This document shows, piece by piece, positions 42,077 to 43,532 of a stretch of DNA of 43,532 bases. Each line of letters begins with the position of its first letter. Position 1 is the stretch's first letter. The position numbers and the translations under genes are program-made. The notes under the pieces are model-generated. The model searched no databases and was not told where the DNA came from. It was given only the letters and a program-made list of their open reading frames with translations. The stretch is from positions 1 to 43,532 of IMG/VR virus record IMGVR_UViG_3300033127_000097; one strand, written 5' to 3'. Source of the DNA: a virus.

Positions 42077-42804
42077 CTGGACAGCTCCTTGCCGCGGTCC
42101 ACGTAATCCAGAATCGAGTCCATGTCCTTCATTGCCATCGGCATGGCCAAACCCTCGGTGCGACCGATGCGAAACGAGATCGGGTCTCTCACGCCCGTCT
42201 GACGAAACACGACGGGCGCATCGATCTCGTCCTGTGCAGGCGTAAGCGCTGTGCCGCCGTCCATCTTGGCCAAACGTCCAAGCATCCGCGGCGAAAGCAT
42301 GAAACCCTCTGCCGACCCTTCCTTGTGGTAGCTCCTCGTGAACAGGCTGCGCCACATTGGGAAGTTATCGACATCACCAAGCTGCGCACGATCGAACGAC
42401 GGAGCGACACCCTTATAACCCTCGTCACCCTTGGCCCATGACTCGACACCGATCCAGTCGGCCTCCACAATCACCTTCACCGGCTGGTCACGTTCGGCCC
42501 TCTTCGGCTTGAGCATCTTCACCAGCTTCTCGACATCGATGGCATGAAGGCCGAACGTTTGACGGCCAGCCGGCTGCGGACCACTGCTCGCTACCTTTAG
42601 CCAGTGATCGGCTTCGCCGACCACGGTCACCGTCATCAGATAGCTGTCGGTCGAAACCACAACCCAATCGCCGGACTTGCTGTTGATGACGAACAACGCC
42701 ACGTCAAGCGCCGCGCGCACGCCACGATCTCGCTTAGGCGGCAGCGACTGCAACGCGTTGTGAAGTGCCCGATGGACATCCTCACGTGTACCTGTTAATT
42801 CCAT
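42073..42804 (-). CDS. DnaN-like sliding clamp-related protein (243 aa)
   Basis: WVVVSTDSYLM, DNFPMWRSLF and FMLSPRMLGRLAK resemble the beta-clamp blocks (atDg.RLa, FPdY..vi, f.n..yL.d.lk). It is shorter than a cellular DnaN. Confidence 0.5.
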   Translation of the reverse strand: MELTGTREDVHRALHNALQSLPPKRDRGVRAALDVALFVINSKSGDWVVVSTDSYLMTVTVVGEADHWLKVASSGPQPAGRQTFGLHAIDVEKLVKMLKPKRAERDQPVKVIVEADWIGVESWAKGDEGYKGVAPSFDRAQLGDVDNFPMWRSLFTRSYHKEGSAEGFMLSPRMLGRLAKMDGGTALTPAQDEIDAPVVFRQTGVRDPISFRIGRTEGLAMPMAMKDMDSILDYVDRGKELSR

Positions 42805-42822
42805 GATTGCCTTTCATATTTG

Positions 42823-42902
42823 GGGTGCCAGATGCACCCGAAAGCGCTCCGTCTCGGCCGGTCGGATGGGGCTATGAGGAGACGGAGCGCAATCGGCTAT
42901 AG
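42823..42902 (-). promoter_or_regulatory. Intercistronic RNA module, copy C (12-bp hairpin + GGGTGC-N5-GCACCC hairpin)
   Basis: On the minus strand gcgctccgtctc / gagacggagcgc forms the stem (42890-42844). It is followed by tttc, the short hairpin (42839-42823), ccaaatatgaaagg and the ATG at 42804. Confidence 0.5.
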
Positions 42903-43268
42903 CTAGCTCTTACCCCAACCGCTGACGAGCTCGTCAGCAAGCTCACGCGCTGCAAAGTGTCCCCTGGAGTGGCTGCGCCCGACACTCACCCAATCACCTA
43001 GCGTCTCGCTCCACACGTTGCACTCAGCGTCAGAGGTCAATCCGCTATTGCTGAGCTTGACGCCAGTTACGGTCTCTTCATTGAACGTGATAGCGAGACC
43101 GAAAATCCGTTCAAGCTCAGGCGATGGCCGATCATTCTCAGCCTCGGCGATGTCTTGAAGCGCATACTCCAAGACCAGCTTCAAGTTCAGACCCTTCTCA
43201 GCGGCATCCTTAACCATCGCGCTGATGTGCATAGCCGAGAGCGTCCCCTCATCGATGTACTCACCCAT
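42903..43268 (-). CDS. Hypothetical protein (121 aa)
   Basis: The internal ATG at 43268 overlaps the upstream stop by 8 nt. Confidence 0.5.
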   Translation of the reverse strand: MGEYIDEGTLSAMHISAMVKDAAEKGLNLKLVLEYALQDIAEAENDRPSPELERIFGLAITFNEETVTGVKLSNSGLTSDAECNVWSETLGDWVSVGRSHSRGHFAARELADELVSGWGKS

Positions 43269-43371
43269 TGGACCGAGCCTCAAACTCGAAGAACTCCATC
43301 GTCTCGTCGTCGAAAAAGTGGTGACCAATGGAGCTATTAAGACGCTCCAAGTCGTCGAATGTGTATCTCAT
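43261..43371 (-). CDS. Very small ORF (36 aa), possibly the N-terminal fragment of a split gene
   Basis: GAAGGA RBS then ATG at 43371. Peptide MRYTFDDLERLNSSIGHHFFDDETMEFFEFEARSNG. Confidence 0.3.
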   Translation of the reverse strand: MRYTFDDLERLNSSIGHHFFDDETMEFFEFEARSNG

Positions 43372-43478
43372 ATTTGTTTCCTTCTGTCGTTGGTGGATCG
43401 GATACCACCGCGAGCGCTCACCATTGAAGACCAACGGTGAGCGACGCGCTAGAGCCGATCGGTCCCCTAGTTGCAGTA

Positions 43479-43532
43479 GGGTGCTAGGTCGCACCGCGAA
43501 GCCCACCGACCTAAGCCGATGAGCAACGCGCT
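43479..43532 (-). promoter_or_regulatory. Conserved intercistronic RNA module, copy B (continues into 1-34 across the junction)
   Basis: Same architecture as copy A. It begins at the TAG stop (32-34) of the 32..160 gene. Confidence 0.6.
43500..43532. repeat. Terminal direct repeat, identical to 1-33
   Basis: Exact 33-nt match to the start of the window. Confidence 0.9.

Overview
The window looks like one complete, circularly assembled dsDNA phage genome. The first 33 nt are identical to the last 33 nt, leaving about 43.5 kb of unique sequence. It is GC-rich and densely coded, and adjacent genes are often translationally coupled through ATGA/GTGA start-stop overlaps.

Gene layout:
- Plus strand, 2500-31349: the late block. 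It carries two pairs of fibre-like genes with shared N-termini, one of them collagen-like; a PAP2/haloperoxidase-type enzyme; a holin plus amidase lysis cassette; large terminase, portal, scaffold and major capsid; then a T7-like run of adaptor/nozzle and internal virion proteins, including an SLT transglycosylase and a 1538-aa giant. An HNH endonuclease gene sits in reverse orientation at 2868-3530.
- Minus strand, two units. The first is 2075->958: an OB-fold protein and a Pro/Gln-rich protein, ending in a terminator. The second starts at 572, runs through the circular junction and continues to 31339. It encodes a clamp-like protein, Ku, a Cas4/RecB-like nuclease, a DnaB-like helicase, a primase-polymerase, an Hjc-like resolvase, a sigma region-4 protein, a secreted Rpf-like transglycosylase and a PL14-like polysaccharide lyase.

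I could not recognise a DNA polymerase, RNA polymerase, ligase, integrase, repressor, small terminase, tRNA or CRISPR array.

Most notable observations:
- the soluble PAP2/vanadium-haloperoxidase-like gene inside the fibre block;
- a family of conserved intercistronic RNA hairpin modules whose pairing works only on the minus strand;
- Ku with no ligase or polymerase partner;
- a secreted Rpf-like muralytic cluster and a lyase on the early strand;
- two AT-richer non-coding control regions (573-957 and 2076-2499).

All protein family calls come from motif recognition by eye, with no searches run. A Gram-positive or actinobacterial host is only an inference.
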